Below are positions 62,255-64,000 of a stretch of DNA of 64,000 bases, one piece after another; the first letter of the stretch is position 1; each line of letters starts with the position of its first letter. This DNA is from Octopus sinensis. Lineage: Eukaryota. Both the position numbers and the translations under genes were made by a program. The notes below the pieces were generated by a model. That model was not told the origin of the DNA, did no database searches, and was given only the letters and a program-made list of their open reading frames with translations. The stretch lies in the NCBI RefSeq assembly GCF_006345805.1, contig NC_043025.1, positions 12,586,001 to 12,650,000 of the forward strand, given 5' to 3'.

Positions 62255-63118
62255 TTACGCCCATCCTTTATTTGTTTCGGTTATTAGATTGCGGCCATGC
62301 TGGGGCACCATCCTGGAGGAGTTTTAAGTTGAATACTTTTTTTTTTTAAAGCCTAGTATTTATTCTATCGCTCTCTTTGCTGAACTGCTAAACCTCAGGG
62401 ACGCAAACACACCAGTTGACAAGCAGTAGTAAGACACACACACTGTATATACGACGGGCTGAATCAAGTAGGAGATACACTGAACATCATTTCTATTCAT
62501 TCAGCTACACGTATTTTAAGAGACCACCCTTGCTCCTCCAATACGAAGGATGTGGTGTAGTCTGTAAATATGGAGACTTCGTTTAAAGTTGTATTAAGTA
62601 ATATTGCTTTCAAATTTTGGCGCAAGGCCAGCAATTTCGGGGGTGGGAGCTAGTTGATTAGACTGACATCCCCTACCCTTCTGTTTTAAGTATCCCCTCT
62701 AGTTTACACTGTTTCTCTGTAATTTCAGAATTCCCGATGGTATGGTGTTAAAGGATATTTTTACCCTAACCATTTACCAAGCTTAAAGGAAAATTTTACA
62801 CAAAACAGACTTCACCTTGTTTAAATATGTTTTTGGTAGAATTCCTGTGGAATATTTCGTCTGGCTGAGACTATTTGCAAAATTCCTCTACATCTGTTCT
62901 ATATTTTAGGGAGAAGGAATTCTGTACCTTATTTACATTGGATGGATTTGTGTCGACAATCAAGATGAGTACATATATCTGTCCAATGTAAATCATTTCT
63001 CTACTTTGCTGTCTGGAATATGTTGGATATTTTATTCTGATTACAAGGGACTTTGTAGCATCTCCTAAGGCTGCAGCTGATTTTTAAAAGGAAGAAAAAG
63101 GTCGATAAATACTTGGAA

Positions 63119-63366
63119 TTACATTTTTAATGAACCATTTTGTTGCACAATGCGTCTCCATCTTTCCTCTAACTTGAAAATACCCTCTTCCCAGAATTCA
63201 GGTGGTTTCATGGCAAGGAATCCTTTTACGTCATCCAAGGAATTGAAATTTTTACCATTAAGATTATTCTGCAGAGACCTGAATAAGTGGAAACCCGAAG
63301 GAGCAATATCTGGTGAATATGGAGGGTGGGGTAATACATCCTAGCTGAGCTGCAGCAATTTTTGTC
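63119..63366 (-). mobile_element. mariner transposase C-terminal fragment
   Basis: The minus strand gives QKLLQLS*DVLPHPPYSPDIAPSGFHLFRSLQNNLNGKNF...WEEGIFKLEERWRRIVQQNG, containing the YSPDIAP motif. Confidence 0.9.
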
Positions 63367-63477
63367 TGCTATGAATCAGCACAAACTTTCTGGACAACTC
63401 AATATAATGAAATAAATATTTATTTGAAATTTAAAGAAAGAAAACCATCTGGGCATTGTGGTGAGAGAAGGTAAATT

Positions 63478-64000
63478 ATGGAATGTGAATCGTGTGATGA
63501 TAATGTTGAATGTGGATCGGAATTTAAAAGGACTGGTTTTAGTGATGAAATGCCAATTGACATATGTGATGCATCTGACCAATGTGATATCTGTAAAAAG
63601 TCATATTCTCAGAAAGATATCCTTGCTTCTCACAGATGTATTCACACAGGAGAAAAGCCATATCATTGTGATATCTGTGGTCAATCATTCTCTCAGAAAA
63701 CTAACTTGACCACACACAAACGGATTCATTCTGGAGAGAAACCTTATCGCTGTCACATCTGTGGTCAATCATTCTCTCAAAAAGGTGCACTTGTGACACA
63801 CAGACACACACATACAGGAGAAAAACCATATCACTGTGATATCTGTGGAAAATCATTCACTCGAAATAACTCCCTGACTGTACACAAGCTGATTCATACA
63901 GGGGAAAAACCACATTATTGCGATATCTGTGGGAAATCCTTCTCAGAAACCGGTCCCTTGACTAAACACAAACGCACCCATACGGGTGAGAAGCCGTATC
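63478..64000 (+). CDS. C2H2 zinc-finger protein, at least 5 fingers, 3'-incomplete
   Basis: ATG at 63478 opens MECESCDDNVECGSEFKRTGFSDEMP...CDICKKSYSQKDILASHRCIHTGEKP... and stays open to the window end. It is missing from the ORF track because no stop falls inside the window. Confidence 0.95.
   Translation, partial: MECESCDDNVECGSEFKRTGFSDEMPIDICDASDQCDICKKSYSQKDILASHRCIHTGEKPYHCDICGQSFSQKTNLTTHKRIHSGEKPYRCHICGQSFSQKGALVTHRHTHTGEKPYHCDICGKSFTRNNSLTVHKLIHTGEKPHYCDICGKSFSETGPLTKHKRTHTGEKPY

Overview
This is eukaryotic, AT-rich, repeat-dense genomic DNA. The SINE families, the extreme (TA)n content and the clustered HTGEKP-type C2H2 genes suggest an octopus or other coleoid cephalopod; that is an inference, not a database match. 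Supported genes: (1) four internal/terminal exons of PEDS1/TMEM189 (plasmanylethanolamine desaturase) on + at 34409-34528, 36022-36113, 38295-38513 and 39995-40255, with exon 1 not identified; (2) three single-coding-exon C2H2 zinc-finger genes at 51760-52740 (-), 57127-57825 (+) and 63478->64000 (+, runs off the window and is absent from the ORF track); (3) a probable first coding exon on - at 2025-2226, tentatively TMEM199/VMA12-like, behind a CpG/CRE-rich promoter. The rest consists of SINEs, LINE fragments (RTE, CR1/L2-like), MITEs (piggyBac-, hAT-, Mutator-, TA-targeting), Helitron-like elements, a mariner fragment, many local tandem arrays, microsatellites and one 100-N gap. The most interesting signal is four sequence-distinct families of minimal type-I hammerhead-ribozyme-like motifs in Penelope-type repeats. 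They include a 136-bp palindrome that encodes a hammerhead fold on each strand and a 4-copy tandem array downstream of a ZNF gene. Also notable are a shared unnamed N-terminal leader in the ZNF paralogues and a zinc-finger fragment captured inside a MITE. All folds and alignments were read by eye, and no ribozyme activity is claimed.
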